Source: a virus
Lineage: Duplodnaviria > Caudoviricetes
IMG/VR virus record: IMGVR_UViG_3300021335_000015
Location: 1-62,215 of that record
Length of the DNA: 62,215 bases
Reading direction: 5' to 3' (one strand)
Part shown: piece after piece, positions 50,766 to 60,339 of the stretch
Layout: every line of letters begins with the position of its first letter
How positions within the stretch are numbered: the stretch's first letter is position 1
Program-made: the position numbers and the translations under genes
The notes under the pieces: generated by a model
Told to the model about the DNA's origin: nothing
The model's input: the letters and a program-made list of their open reading frames with translations, nothing else
The model's database searches: none

Positions 50766-51212
50766 ATGCTCAATATTGAAGCGATACACAAGGAGTGGTC
50801 AGAGGACTCTGTCATTCCTATGCACCAACTGGATGAGACATCACGTCAAATCCCCATGCTACACGCAAAGTATTTAGAATACCTCACCGTAACCAAACTG
50901 ACCCTACGTCGCGCAGAGGCTGCGCAGAAGATCCTGTTGAAGGAGAAGTGGTTGTACTATAACGGTAAGATGGACCCGCAGACTCTACAGGAGAAGGGGT
51001 GGGATCCAGATCCATTCAACGGTCTCAAGATTCTCAAGGGTGAGATGGACTACTACTATGACTCTGACCCAGAGATCTCAAAGTCTGAAGACAGAATCGT
51101 CGCACTTAAAGCACAGATAGATAGTCTTACAGATATTCTTAACATGATTAAATGGAGGCATTCGACGATCAAGAATATGATTGATTATCGTCGATTCGAG
51201 GCTGGTGGATAA
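50766..51212 (+). CDS. uvsY: Recombination mediator UvsY
   Basis: IPMLHAKYL, KWLYYNGK, IKNMIDYRRFEAG. Confidence 0.88.
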   Translation: MLNIEAIHKEWSEDSVIPMHQLDETSRQIPMLHAKYLEYLTVTKLTLRRAEAAQKILLKEKWLYYNGKMDPQTLQEKGWDPDPFNGLKILKGEMDYYYDSDPEISKSEDRIVALKAQIDSLTDILNMIKWRHSTIKNMIDYRRFEAGG

Positions 51213-52728
51213 CAAGATTCGCATTAGGATGAAGGACTACTCCCATTTTATGGTAGAGGCCCATCCTGCTCAAGAGAACGAGTTGAAGGAATACTTCTCG
51301 TTCTTTGTGCCCGGCTACAAATACATGCCCGCATACAAGTCCCGACACTGGGACGGCAAAGTCAAGTTGTACAACATGATGACCAAACAGATGAACGTGG
51401 GTCTCTACACGCACCTACGTAAGTTTTGCGCGGATCGGTTCTACCCTCTGGAGATCATTGAACATGAGACTTATGGAGTCCCCTCTTTTAAGGAGGACAT
51501 CGATCATCCTGCTCTTATCGATTTTCTATCTCTCCTTGATGCGCCATTCAAGCCTAGAGATTATCAGTACAAAGCTATTTCACACGGCGTCGAACACCGA
51601 CGTTGTATTCTACTTAGTCCTACTGGTAGCGGTAAGTCATTTATCATTTATAACCTACTACGATATTGCTACGAGGTCACCGAAGGAAAGATCCTAGTTA
51701 TCGTCCCAACCACGTCGTTGGTAGAACAGATGTACAAGGACTTCGAAGAATACGGTTACGACGTAGAGGAGTTCTGTCACCGCATCTACTCCGGTAAGGA
51801 GAAGGTCACTGACAAACGTGTGATCATCTCCACATGGCAATCCATCTATAAATTCGGCAAGGAATGGTTCGAACAGTTCGACTCAGTCTTTGGTGATGAG
51901 GTGCACCTATTCAAGGCAAAGTCACTGACTACCATGATGGACAAGTGTGTCAACGCTAAATATCGTTTCGGTCTTACGGGAACTCTCGATGGGACTGAGA
52001 CAAACAAACTGGTTCTGGAAGGTCTCTTCGGACCTACGTTCACCGTAACACGAACGGTTCAACTCCAGAAGGAAAATCAACTCGCAGACTTGGATATCTC
52101 TGTTCTCCTCTTGAGGTATCACAATGATGTCTGTCACCAAGTCAAGGAGATGTCGTATCAGGAAGAGTTAGATACGATCGTCACCTATGAACCCCGCAAT
52201 CGATTTATCAGCAAACTGGCGCTCGATCAAACGGGCAACACCCTCGTGATGTTCCAATTTGTTGAGAAACATGGTAAGGTTCTACACGAGATGATCAAGT
52301 CTATGGCTGAAGAAGGACGTAAAGTATTCTACGTATCTGGTGAAGTAGATGCCACGGACAGAGAACAAATAAGAGGGATAGTAGAAAAAGAAAATGATGC
52401 AATTATCGTTGCTTCTCTTGGTACTTTTAGTACTGGTATTAACATCCGCAATCTGCATAATATTGTATTTGCGACTCCGTCCAAGTCTCAAGTTAAAGTT
52501 CTCCAATCGATTGGTCGTGGGCTTCGTAAGTCTGATGATGGTCGGACTACTCGACTTTTTGATATTGCTGATGATCTTCATATTGGAGGTCACAAGAACT
52601 TTACACTGAAACATAGCGGTGAAAGGATTAAGATATATACTAAAGAGGGATTTAGATACAAGATCTATCCCGTAAACCTAAAACCAATAAGAGTGGAACA
52701 AGATGTCGAAAGCAACCTCTTCGGTTAA
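51205..52728 (+). CDS. uvsW: UvsW helicase
   Basis: WDGKVKL, SPTGSGKS, DEVH, QSIGRGLR; probable GTG start at 51205. Confidence 0.95.
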   Translation: MDNKIRIRMKDYSHFMVEAHPAQENELKEYFSFFVPGYKYMPAYKSRHWDGKVKLYNMMTKQMNVGLYTHLRKFCADRFYPLEIIEHETYGVPSFKEDIDHPALIDFLSLLDAPFKPRDYQYKAISHGVEHRRCILLSPTGSGKSFIIYNLLRYCYEVTEGKILVIVPTTSLVEQMYKDFEEYGYDVEEFCHRIYSGKEKVTDKRVIISTWQSIYKFGKEWFEQFDSVFGDEVHLFKAKSLTTMMDKCVNAKYRFGLTGTLDGTETNKLVLEGLFGPTFTVTRTVQLQKENQLADLDISVLLLRYHNDVCHQVKEMSYQEELDTIVTYEPRNRFISKLALDQTGNTLVMFQFVEKHGKVLHEMIKSMAEEGRKVFYVSGEVDATDREQIRGIVEKENDAIIVASLGTFSTGINIRNLHNIVFATPSKSQVKVLQSIGRGLRKSDDGRTTRLFDIADDLHIGGHKNFTLKHSGERIKIYTKEGFRYKIYPVNLKPIRVEQDVESNLFG

Positions 52729-53131
52729 GCACCTAAAGTTAGTAACGGGTGAAGAACTGGTATGCGAGTTGATGAGTGAAACTGGCGATTCTATCGTCAT
52801 TCGAAATGCGCTGTCTTTGATTGAGAAGGATCTCAGTAGTGGTGATAAGTACTATGCGTTCAAAACGTTTATGGTTTATCAAGACAGCCCTCAAAACGTT
52901 ATTATCATTTTCTTCGATAAGATCATGTCTATTGCAGTCCCTACTGAAGAGATGGAAAGACAGTATAGTGATGCAATTAAAGAAATGAATGCTTATAACA
53001 AGGCACAGGAACTGAAACAACAAGAACGTGCTGAGTGGGAAGATGATCTGTCTCTTGAAGAGTTCTTGAATGAAATGGACCGTGAAAACGATTACATGGA
53101 TTCTGATACTGACGGAATGATTATGAATTAG
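52703..53131 (+). CDS. Conserved T4-like hypothetical protein (KLVTGEELV, Sm-like fold)
   Basis: Motif and position between uvsW and gp55. Confidence 0.65.
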   Translation: MSKATSSVKHLKLVTGEELVCELMSETGDSIVIRNALSLIEKDLSSGDKYYAFKTFMVYQDSPQNVIIIFFDKIMSIAVPTEEMERQYSDAIKEMNAYNKAQELKQQERAEWEDDLSLEEFLNEMDRENDYMDSDTDGMIMN

Positions 53132-53162
53132 GGGTATACTATTCTCCCCTTTGGTTAAAGAG

Positions 53163-53191
53163 ATTATACAGTATAAATGCGATTCTGTCAA
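53163..53191 (-). promoter_or_regulatory. Consensus sigma70 promoter on the minus strand
   Basis: Reverse complement reads TTGACA-GAATCGCATTTATACTG(17)-TATAAT. Confidence 0.75.
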
Positions 53192-53208
53192 GACATTTTT
53201 TAAATATT

Positions 53209-53649
53209 ATGAAAATAGGTTTTACTTGTTCTACATTTGACCTCTTACATGCAGGTCATGTCCAGCTCCTTCGACACGCGAAGGATCAATGCGACTATCT
53301 GATCGTGGGTCTACAAACAGATCCTACCATCGACCGCCCCGATACCAAGAACAAACCCATACAGACTTTGGTCGAGAGATACACTCAACTGAAGGCGGTT
53401 CGGTATGTCGATGAGATTATACCCTATGAGACTGAAAGAGATCTTGAAGATATTTTGTCTCTATATAATTTGGACATCCAGATACTGGGTGAGGAGTACC
53501 GTGAGAAGGATTTCACGGGTAAGGATATCGGACGTAAACGCGGCATAGAGTTCTATTTTAATGAACGTTCGCACCGTTTCGCGTCAAGTGAACTGCGTCA
53601 AAGAGTCGCTTACAACTCCGGAATTGGATTGACACACAAGTCAAAATAG
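53209..53649 (+). CDS. Cytidylyltransferase, TagD (glycerol-3-phosphate cytidylyltransferase)-like
   Basis: TFDLLHAGH (HxGH), YLIVGL, VDEIIPY, RxHxxxSS. Confidence 0.85.
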   Translation: MKIGFTCSTFDLLHAGHVQLLRHAKDQCDYLIVGLQTDPTIDRPDTKNKPIQTLVERYTQLKAVRYVDEIIPYETERDLEDILSLYNLDIQILGEEYREKDFTGKDIGRKRGIEFYFNERSHRFASSELRQRVAYNSGIGLTHKSK

Positions 53650-53657
53650 GGTATAAT
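53629..53657 (+). promoter_or_regulatory. Sigma70 promoter for gp55
   Basis: TTGACA-17 nt-TATAAT. Confidence 0.85.
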
Positions 53658-53686
53658 TACCGTATTAAAAATGGAAGTTGTATATT

Positions 53687-54277
53687 ATGAAACCAAAAGA
53701 AAAACCACATTACGTCAATAACAGAGAGTTCTCTGAAGCGGTAGTCGCGTATTGTACCTCTGTCCAAGAGGCAAAGGACGAAGGTAAATCTACACCCATC
53801 GTCACAGATTATATCGCTTCCTGTTTTCTAAAGATCGCAGAGGGTCTCTCACACAAAGCAAACTTTGTCCGTTACACATATCGTGAAGAGATGGTTATGG
53901 ACGCAGTCGAGAACTGTCTCAAGGCGATCGAGAACTACGACATTGAAGCTGCAACCCGTTCGGGCAAACCAAATGCATTTGCCTACTTTACACAGATCTC
54001 TTGGTATGCGTTCTTGCGTCGGATCCAAAAGGAAAAGAAGCAACAGGACGTGAAGATGAAGTTCATTGCAGAGGCAGACGTGACTGAGTTCCTTGATGAT
54101 GAAGGTGAAGGATATGGACACATGCATCATGCATCGCCGTTCGTTGACAATCTGCGTATGCGTATCGATGCAGTCAAGGATGCAGACCAAGAGTTCAAAG
54201 AGTACGCAAAGGAAGAGAAGAAGCGTAAACGTCGTGCAGTAATTGTTGACTCAGACCTATCGGAGTGGATGGAATAA
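53687..54277 (+). CDS. gp55: Late sigma factor gp55
   Basis: HYVNNREF, KIAEGLSHKANFVRYTYREEM, NAFAYFTQISWYAFLRRIQKEK. Confidence 0.95.
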   Translation: MKPKEKPHYVNNREFSEAVVAYCTSVQEAKDEGKSTPIVTDYIASCFLKIAEGLSHKANFVRYTYREEMVMDAVENCLKAIENYDIEAATRSGKPNAFAYFTQISWYAFLRRIQKEKKQQDVKMKFIAEADVTEFLDDEGEGYGHMHHASPFVDNLRMRIDAVKDADQEFKEYAKEEKKRKRRAVIVDSDLSEWME

Positions 54278-54396
54278 TGTGGACTTATGAATGTAAAGCG
54301 GGAACTTACAAAGAGGATTCCCTACCTCGCTTGGTGTGGACTATCTTTACACACCGGATACACCACCTCATTAAGGATGGAAGATTTTCAGATTAA
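54277..54396 (+). CDS. 39-aa small ORF (MWTYECKAG...DGRFSD)
   Basis: TAATG coupling with the gp55 stop and GGAG upstream; not in the ORF track. Confidence 0.5.
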   Translation: MWTYECKAGTYKEDSLPRLVWTIFTHRIHHLIKDGRFSD

Positions 54397-54397
54397 C

Positions 54398-54426
54398 TTG
54401 ACAGACCCCTTACATTATAGTATAAT
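54398..54426 (+). promoter_or_regulatory. Sigma70 promoter
   Basis: TTGACA-17 nt-TATAAT. Confidence 0.85.
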
Positions 54427-54453
54427 GTGTGTCTAAATTAGTAAAAGTTTAAC

Positions 54454-54522
54454 GCGGGAGTTCGTTATGGAGACAGTGAGTACCCCTCTCTGTAGTAGGT
54501 GAAATCCCTACATCCCGCTCCA
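54454..54522 (+). ncRNA. Degenerate tRNA-Gly-like RNA (69 nt)
   Basis: GCGGGA/TCCCGC acceptor stem, T73, encoded CCA, GTAGG-TGAAATC-CCTAC T-arm; weak D and anticodon arms. Confidence 0.6.
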
Positions 54523-54536
54523 ATTACTGAGAGTTT

Positions 54537-55595
54537 ATGAAGATCGCTATATTGAATGACACCCACTGCGGGTGTCGTAATTCATCTGAAATTTTTATGG
54601 ATTACCAAGAACGCTTTTATGGTGAGGTGTTCTTTCCATATCTGTTAGAGAACAACATCACCCAGATACTACACCTTGGCGACTACTACGACAATCGTAA
54701 GACAGTCAACCTCAAGGCGCTCAGTCATAATCGTAGGATCTTCCTAGACAAGCTGCGTGAGTATAATATCCACATGGACATTATCCCCGGCAACCACGAT
54801 GTCTACTTCAAGAACACTAACGACCTCAACTCACTAAAAGAGCTGATGGGTCACTATATGAACGAGGTCGATATCCTTATGGATCCGATCGTGCGTGACT
54901 ACGATGGTGTCAAGTTTGGTCTCGTCCCTTGGATCTGTCCAGAGAACGAAGAAGAGATCAAGACCTTCCTTGATAACTGCGGTGCAGATGTCATCGGCGG
55001 TCACTTTGAACTTGCAGGGTTCGAGATGGACAAGGGTCTAGTTTGTAAAGAAGGAATGGACCCCAAACCACTACAGAAGTTCGAGACCGTTCTATCTGGA
55101 CACTTCCATACCAAGTCATCGCAGGGTAACATACATTACCTTGGTGCCCAGATGGAGTTCTTCTGGAACGACGCACATGACCCCAAGTACTTCCACATTT
55201 ATGATACGGAGACGCGTGAACTAACGCCTGTTCGAAATGACGTGTCGATCTTCCACAAGATCTACTACAACGAAGATGAGGTCAACTACTTCGAAGACCT
55301 GTCCTATCTCGATGGTAAGTTTGTTAAGTTGATTGTGGGCAACCGATCGGACATGAAGAAGTTCGAACGATACGTCGAACGTATTCAACAACAGAAGATC
55401 CACGAGCTGAAGATTGCTGAAGACTTCCGCGAGTTCCGTGGTGAGAATGTGGGTGACAGTGAAATAAGTGTCGACGACACCGAAACCCTAATCTATAACT
55501 ACATCCAAGATGTAGACACTGACCTTGACAAAGACCGAATCAAGGGATTGGTTTCGGAGTTGATGGTCGAGGCACAGAGCGTAGAGATTGCATGA
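54537..55595 (+). CDS. gp47: Recombination endonuclease gp47 (Mre11-like)
   Basis: DTH, LGD, GNHD, SGHFH metallophosphoesterase motifs. Confidence 0.95.
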   Translation: MKIAILNDTHCGCRNSSEIFMDYQERFYGEVFFPYLLENNITQILHLGDYYDNRKTVNLKALSHNRRIFLDKLREYNIHMDIIPGNHDVYFKNTNDLNSLKELMGHYMNEVDILMDPIVRDYDGVKFGLVPWICPENEEEIKTFLDNCGADVIGGHFELAGFEMDKGLVCKEGMDPKPLQKFETVLSGHFHTKSSQGNIHYLGAQMEFFWNDAHDPKYFHIYDTETRELTPVRNDVSIFHKIYYNEDEVNYFEDLSYLDGKFVKLIVGNRSDMKKFERYVERIQQQKIHELKIAEDFREFRGENVGDSEISVDDTETLIYNYIQDVDTDLDKDRIKGLVSELMVEAQSVEIA

Positions 55596-57316
55596 TTAAA
55601 TTCCAGAAACTACGTTGGAAGAACTTTCTTTCGACGGGTGATTACTTTAATGAGATCGACTTCCTAGAGAATCCAACCAACTTAGTGGTTGGTGAGAACG
55701 GCGCGGGTAAGTCCACCATGTTGGATGCCTTGTCGTTCGCTCTCTTCGGTAAGGCTCACCGTAAGATTAACAAAGCACAATTAGTAAACACAATCAACAC
55801 CAAGGATGCCCGATGTGAAGTGGAGTTCACAGTAAACGGCGTTCAATATAAAGTCGTGCGTGGAATCAAACCCGCAAAGTTTGAGATATGGAAGGATGGG
55901 ACTCTCATCAACCAGAACGCACACGCCCGCGAGTATCAAGAGATTCTTGAGAAGAACATCCTACAGATGTCTCACAAGAGTTTCCACCAAATTGTTGTTC
56001 TCGGTTCGTCGTCTTTTATCCCGTTCATGCAACTCAACTCTACTTCTCGGCGTGACGTGATCGAAGACCTTCTTGATATTAACATATTTTCCAAAATGAA
56101 TGTGATACTCAAGGAGAAAATCTCTCTCCTCAAAGGCGAGCTCGAGAACAACAACCATTCTATCGAGATGGTCAAGACGCAGATATCTTCTCAAAAGAAG
56201 TACATCCGTGACCTCAGTGCCATCAACACCGCACACCGTAAAGAGAAGGAAACGGAGATTGAAACTCTGAATGCGGACATCGCAATCTTTAATGAGACCA
56301 ACGCAGAATTGTCAGAAGCCGTCAATACTTTGTTGCCTGCGGTTACAGAAGAATTAAGCAAAATGCGTACCAACAAGACCAAGTTAGAAAAGTATCGTAC
56401 CAAGTTTGACACACAGGTCAAGTCAGTAGTCAAAGAAGCAAAGTTCTTTGAAGATAACGAACACTGTCCTACATGTGATCAAGATATCGGTGATGAGTTA
56501 CGTCAGAGTAAACGCGCAGACGCGACCGCACGTGCGCGTGAACTCAAGGATCTCATGGACAAGGCAGACGCACAGTTGGGTGACTATCAGTCTCAGATCG
56601 ATAAACTCGAAGAGGACATGGCAGAACTGTTGCACAAACAGAACCTCATGAACAACAATATGCAGTTGATCTCACGATTGACGCAGAACGTTCAGAAAAT
56701 CCAGAGTGACCTTGCAGAGATGGCTGACAGTTCAGGTGACATGTCACAGGCGAACAAAGATCTAAGTAATCTTGACGAAGAACTACACGGACTGAACGAC
56801 ACCAAGTATACACTCAACGAGAAGTCGTCTTACAATCGCGTTGCGTCTGAGTTGCTCCGTGACACCGGCATCAAGACCAAGATCATTAAGCAATACATTC
56901 CGGTCATCAACGAACTCACCAACAAGTATCTACAGACGCTGGACTTCTTCGTCCACTTCGAGTTGGATGAGAGTTTCAATGAGACCATTCGATCGCGTTA
57001 CCGCGACACCTTCTCTTACGACTCGTTTTCAGAAGGTGAGAAGCAACGCATCGACCTGTCATTACTCTTCACTTGGAGACACATTGCCAAGATGAAGAAC
57101 TCTGTATCAACTAACCTGTTGATCCTAGATGAGACGTTCGATTCGTCTCTCGATGGTGAGGGTGTCGACAACCTAATGAAGATCATTGACACGCTCAAGG
57201 AAGACACCAACGTATTTGTAATCTCTCACAAGACCGAACTGGAGGACGCGCACTTCGAACGCAAGTTGTCGTTCATCAAGGACAAGAACTTCAGTCGGAT
57301 GCGAGATATTACTTGA
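55592..57316 (+). CDS. gp46: Recombination ATPase gp46 (Rad50-like)
   Basis: GENGAGKST, CPTC hook, FSEGEK, LILDE. Confidence 0.96.
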   Translation: MIKFQKLRWKNFLSTGDYFNEIDFLENPTNLVVGENGAGKSTMLDALSFALFGKAHRKINKAQLVNTINTKDARCEVEFTVNGVQYKVVRGIKPAKFEIWKDGTLINQNAHAREYQEILEKNILQMSHKSFHQIVVLGSSSFIPFMQLNSTSRRDVIEDLLDINIFSKMNVILKEKISLLKGELENNNHSIEMVKTQISSQKKYIRDLSAINTAHRKEKETEIETLNADIAIFNETNAELSEAVNTLLPAVTEELSKMRTNKTKLEKYRTKFDTQVKSVVKEAKFFEDNEHCPTCDQDIGDELRQSKRADATARARELKDLMDKADAQLGDYQSQIDKLEEDMAELLHKQNLMNNNMQLISRLTQNVQKIQSDLAEMADSSGDMSQANKDLSNLDEELHGLNDTKYTLNEKSSYNRVASELLRDTGIKTKIIKQYIPVINELTNKYLQTLDFFVHFELDESFNETIRSRYRDTFSYDSFSEGEKQRIDLSLLFTWRHIAKMKNSVSTNLLILDETFDSSLDGEGVDNLMKIIDTLKEDTNVFVISHKTELEDAHFERKLSFIKDKNFSRMRDIT

Positions 57317-57341
57317 CACGGCGGGTATGTTATTATATAAT
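57313..57341 (+). promoter_or_regulatory. Sigma70 promoter for gp45
   Basis: TTGACA-17 nt-TATAAT. Confidence 0.85.
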
Positions 57342-57368
57342 GTCCCACATATTAACTGAGGAATCCAC

Positions 57369-58046
57369 ATGGAACTATCAACCCGAACTGTCGAGATTCT
57401 ACGAAACTTCTCGACTATTAACCAGAACATCGTAGTCAATGGCGGTAACGTCATCAAGACTATGTCTATCGCGAAGAACATCGTATCTCAGGCAGAGATC
57501 GAGGAATCTTTCCCCAGCTCATTCGGCATCTATGACCTGTCGGAGTTTTTGTCGGTCCTGTCTCTTGTAGACAATCCGTCAATCGAGTTTGGTGAAAACT
57601 TCTGTACCGTATCAGACGGCAGTGGTCTTTCCTCAGTGCGTTATTTCTACTCAGACCCAGAGATGCTCTCTGCGCCTAAGAAAGAGATCATCATGCCTGA
57701 GTGTGAGGTCAAATTTCTCCTCACTAACGAAACCCTAAGTAAGATCAAACGTGCCGCATCCGCACTGGGTTATGAAACTATTTCCATCCGACCCGATGGT
57801 AACTCTGTGCGTATCGATGTCGTTGATACAGAAAACTCAACTTCTAACTCATACTCGATACAAGTCGAGGGTCAGTTCCCAGAGGGTGCGGACTTTAACT
57901 TTGTTATGGGTGTGAACAATATGAAGTTGTTGGGTGACGATTATGAAGTGTCGATTTCAACCAAGTTGATTTCCAGCTTCCGATCTACATCCGGCAAGAC
58001 CGAATACTTTATTGCACTTGAAAAGTCATCAACATACGGAGCATAA
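57369..58046 (+). CDS. gp45: Sliding clamp gp45
   Basis: ILRNFSTINQ, FGIYDLSEFL, YFIALE. Confidence 0.95.
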   Translation: MELSTRTVEILRNFSTINQNIVVNGGNVIKTMSIAKNIVSQAEIEESFPSSFGIYDLSEFLSVLSLVDNPSIEFGENFCTVSDGSGLSSVRYFYSDPEMLSAPKKEIIMPECEVKFLLTNETLSKIKRAASALGYETISIRPDGNSVRIDVVDTENSTSNSYSIQVEGQFPEGADFNFVMGVNNMKLLGDDYEVSISTKLISSFRSTSGKTEYFIALEKSSTYGA

Positions 58047-58047
58047 A

Positions 58048-58263
58048 ATGACTGAAGACCAAGCAACATTCTACGACCTCGCAAACCGAGTTGCCCGTTC
58101 ATGTGTCGCAGTAGTTGATACTGTTGTAACACGTGGTGGGTTCAAGGGTGAGGAACTAACTACTGTTGGACAACTACGTGATCAAGCGATTCAAGTGGTT
58201 GCTTTATATGAGAAGTTAGCAAAAGAACACGCAGAAGCTGCCGCAGAGGAAGCGTCTGAGTAA
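58048..58263 (+). CDS. Small hypothetical protein (RGGFKGEEL..VGQLRD)
   Basis: ATG immediately after the gp45 stop, GGAG upstream. Confidence 0.65.
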   Translation: MTEDQATFYDLANRVARSCVAVVDTVVTRGGFKGEELTTVGQLRDQAIQVVALYEKLAKEHAEAAAEEASE

Positions 58264-58338
58264 ACCCTTTGGGGCGGTGGGATATATTTTTCTTTCACCG
58301 CGAATACTTTATTATGATTAACCCATCGCCCCCTTTTT

Positions 58339-58577
58339 ATGAAATTATATGATCCCCTAATTGCAAAAGAGACTTCAATTCACGTTGCACTCGGGACGGT
58401 CATAAACTACCCTCTTAACATCTTCTACACATGGTTAGCGGTTGTTAAGTGGGGAATCACGGATCCTTTGACTTTGTCTACTATTCTTACTGTTGGAATA
58501 TCCTTCGTCGCGTTCACTCGCATATACATAGTAAGGACTCTTACTGAAAGACGTAAGACAAAACTAAACCAAGACAA

Positions 58578-58587
<10 letters not shown>
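58339..58587 (+). CDS. Small two-TM membrane protein
   Basis: Two hydrophobic segments and a basic tail; stop codon lies inside the tRNA. Confidence 0.55.
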
Positions 58588-58653
<66 letters not shown>

Positions 58654-58666
58654 CTTTGGAGACACC

Positions 58667-59260
58667 GTGAATTTATCTACACAAATATCAGACGCATTTG
58701 CACGGTCTATGACTGCGTTTTTCCGTCTGTTCGCAGATCTCTTTTTCCGCAATCGTTACGGTCACCGCGCACTCGTTTTGGAAACAGTTGCGGGTGTTCC
58801 AGGCATGGTCGCGGGTATGATGACCCACCTTTACAGTCTACAGGCGTTTAAGAAAGGTCATGGTACCAAGATCCACGAGATGCTTGCAGAAGCAGAGAAC
58901 GAAAGAAAACATCTCATGTTCTTCATGGAGGTGATCAAACCGTGGTTCATTGAACGTATAATCATCATCTTTGCCCAGTTTATCTTCTGGCACTACTATC
59001 TGGTGATGTTCGTTATATTCCCCCGAACCGCACACCGCATGACTGGATACTTTGAACAGGAAGCGGTACAAAGTTACACAAAATATTTGGAACTGATCGA
59101 GGCCGGAGAGATCGAAGATGTCCCCGCGCCACAGATCGCGATTGACTACTACAGTGAACTCCACGAGTTCTCTAAGTTGTCTGATATGATTAAGTGCATC
59201 CGTCTTGATGAGATGCATCATGCTAAAGTCAACCACGCGTATGCGGACGGACGACTATAG
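58667..59260 (+). CDS. aox: Alternative oxidase (di-iron ubiquinol oxidase)
   Basis: LETVAGVPGMV, EAENERKHL, GYFEQEAV.SY, IRLDEMHH iron-ligand motifs. Confidence 0.92.
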   Translation: MNLSTQISDAFARSMTAFFRLFADLFFRNRYGHRALVLETVAGVPGMVAGMMTHLYSLQAFKKGHGTKIHEMLAEAENERKHLMFFMEVIKPWFIERIIIIFAQFIFWHYYLVMFVIFPRTAHRMTGYFEQEAVQSYTKYLELIEAGEIEDVPAPQIAIDYYSELHEFSKLSDMIKCIRLDEMHHAKVNHAYADGRL

Positions 59261-59337
59261 GATAAAATGATTGTTTTTATCGGTAGAACCGATCGTATTT
59301 GTCGCATTCTTATGGATAAATAGATTGGAGAAATCGG

Positions 59338-59366
59338 TTTACACGAGGGGGACAATGCGGTATAAT
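59338..59366 (+). promoter_or_regulatory. Sigma70 promoter for gp44
   Basis: TTTACA-17 nt-TATAAT. Confidence 0.75.
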
Positions 59367-59394
59367 GTCCCCTTATTATATTATGGAGTGGTAA

Positions 59395-60339
59395 ATGAGT
59401 AACGAATTCTTATGGGTGGAGAAGTACCGCCCGAAAACTGTATCCCAGACTATCCTACCCGCAGAACTGAAATCAACCTTTCAGAACATTGTGGACGGTG
59501 GAGAAATCCCGAACATGATGTTCAGTGGAACTGCGGGCACAGGCAAAACTACAGTCGCTCGCGCAATATGCGAGGAACTGGAGTTAGACTACATCGTAAT
59601 CAACGGGTCGGAAGAAGGCAACATTGACACACTACGCGGAAAGATCAAGCAGTTCGCCTCTTCCGTCTCGTTGGCTGGTGGTTACAAGGTCGTCATCCTT
59701 GATGAGGCAGACTACCTAAATCCCCAGTCAACCCAACCCGCGTTGCGTGGGTTCATCGAGGAATTCTCGAACAATTGTCGGTTCATCATGACCTGTAACT
59801 TCGAGAACAAGATCATCGACCCATTGCACTCGCGATGCACTAAGATCGCGTTCAATGCCACCAAGAAGACTCTCCAGTCTCTCTCGGCGGAGTTTATGCA
59901 ACGCGCTATGACCATTCTCCAGACGGAGGGTGTAGACTATAATAAGGATGTCCTTGCGCAGGTCATCATGAAACACGCACCGGATTGGAGGCGTGTCCTG
60001 AATGAGTTGCAGAAAGGATCGATTTCGGGATCACTGAACGTGGCGTCTTCTCTCGACGGTGAAGTCGTGGATAACTACACTCAGTTGTTCGTCGCAATCC
60101 GTGATAAAAACTTTAAGAAGATGAGGACGTGGGTCGTCAATAACATTGACGTAGAACCAGCGGCGGTGTTCCGTGGTGTCTATGATCGTATGTATGACCA
60201 TGTCTCCCCAAACAGTATACCACAACTTGTATTAATACTTGCTGACTACCAATACAAGAACGCGTTTGTCGCGGACCATGAATTAAATATGGTCGCCTGT
60301 CTCACAGAAGTGATGGCAAACGTGGAGGTCAAGGCGTGA
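59395..60339 (+). CDS. gp44: Clamp loader large subunit gp44
   Basis: LWVEKYRP, GTAGTGKTT, ILDEAD, LHSRC. Confidence 0.96.
   Translation: MSNEFLWVEKYRPKTVSQTILPAELKSTFQNIVDGGEIPNMMFSGTAGTGKTTVARAICEELELDYIVINGSEEGNIDTLRGKIKQFASSVSLAGGYKVVILDEADYLNPQSTQPALRGFIEEFSNNCRFIMTCNFENKIIDPLHSRCTKIAFNATKKTLQSLSAEFMQRAMTILQTEGVDYNKDVLAQVIMKHAPDWRRVLNELQKGSISGSLNVASSLDGEVVDNYTQLFVAIRDKNFKKMRTWVVNNIDVEPAAVFRGVYDRMYDHVSPNSIPQLVLILADYQYKNAFVADHELNMVACLTEVMANVEVKA

Noticed and set aside
54454-54522. tmRNA fragment
   Set aside because: No G3-U70 alanine determinant and no tag reading frame
40789-57316. Introns, inteins or homing endonucleases in terminase, uvsW, gp46 or gp47
   Set aside because: ORFs are continuous, of normal length and lack such motifs
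58667-59260. PTOX indicating a cyanophage
   Set aside because: Motifs are AOX-type and no photosynthesis genes occur in the window
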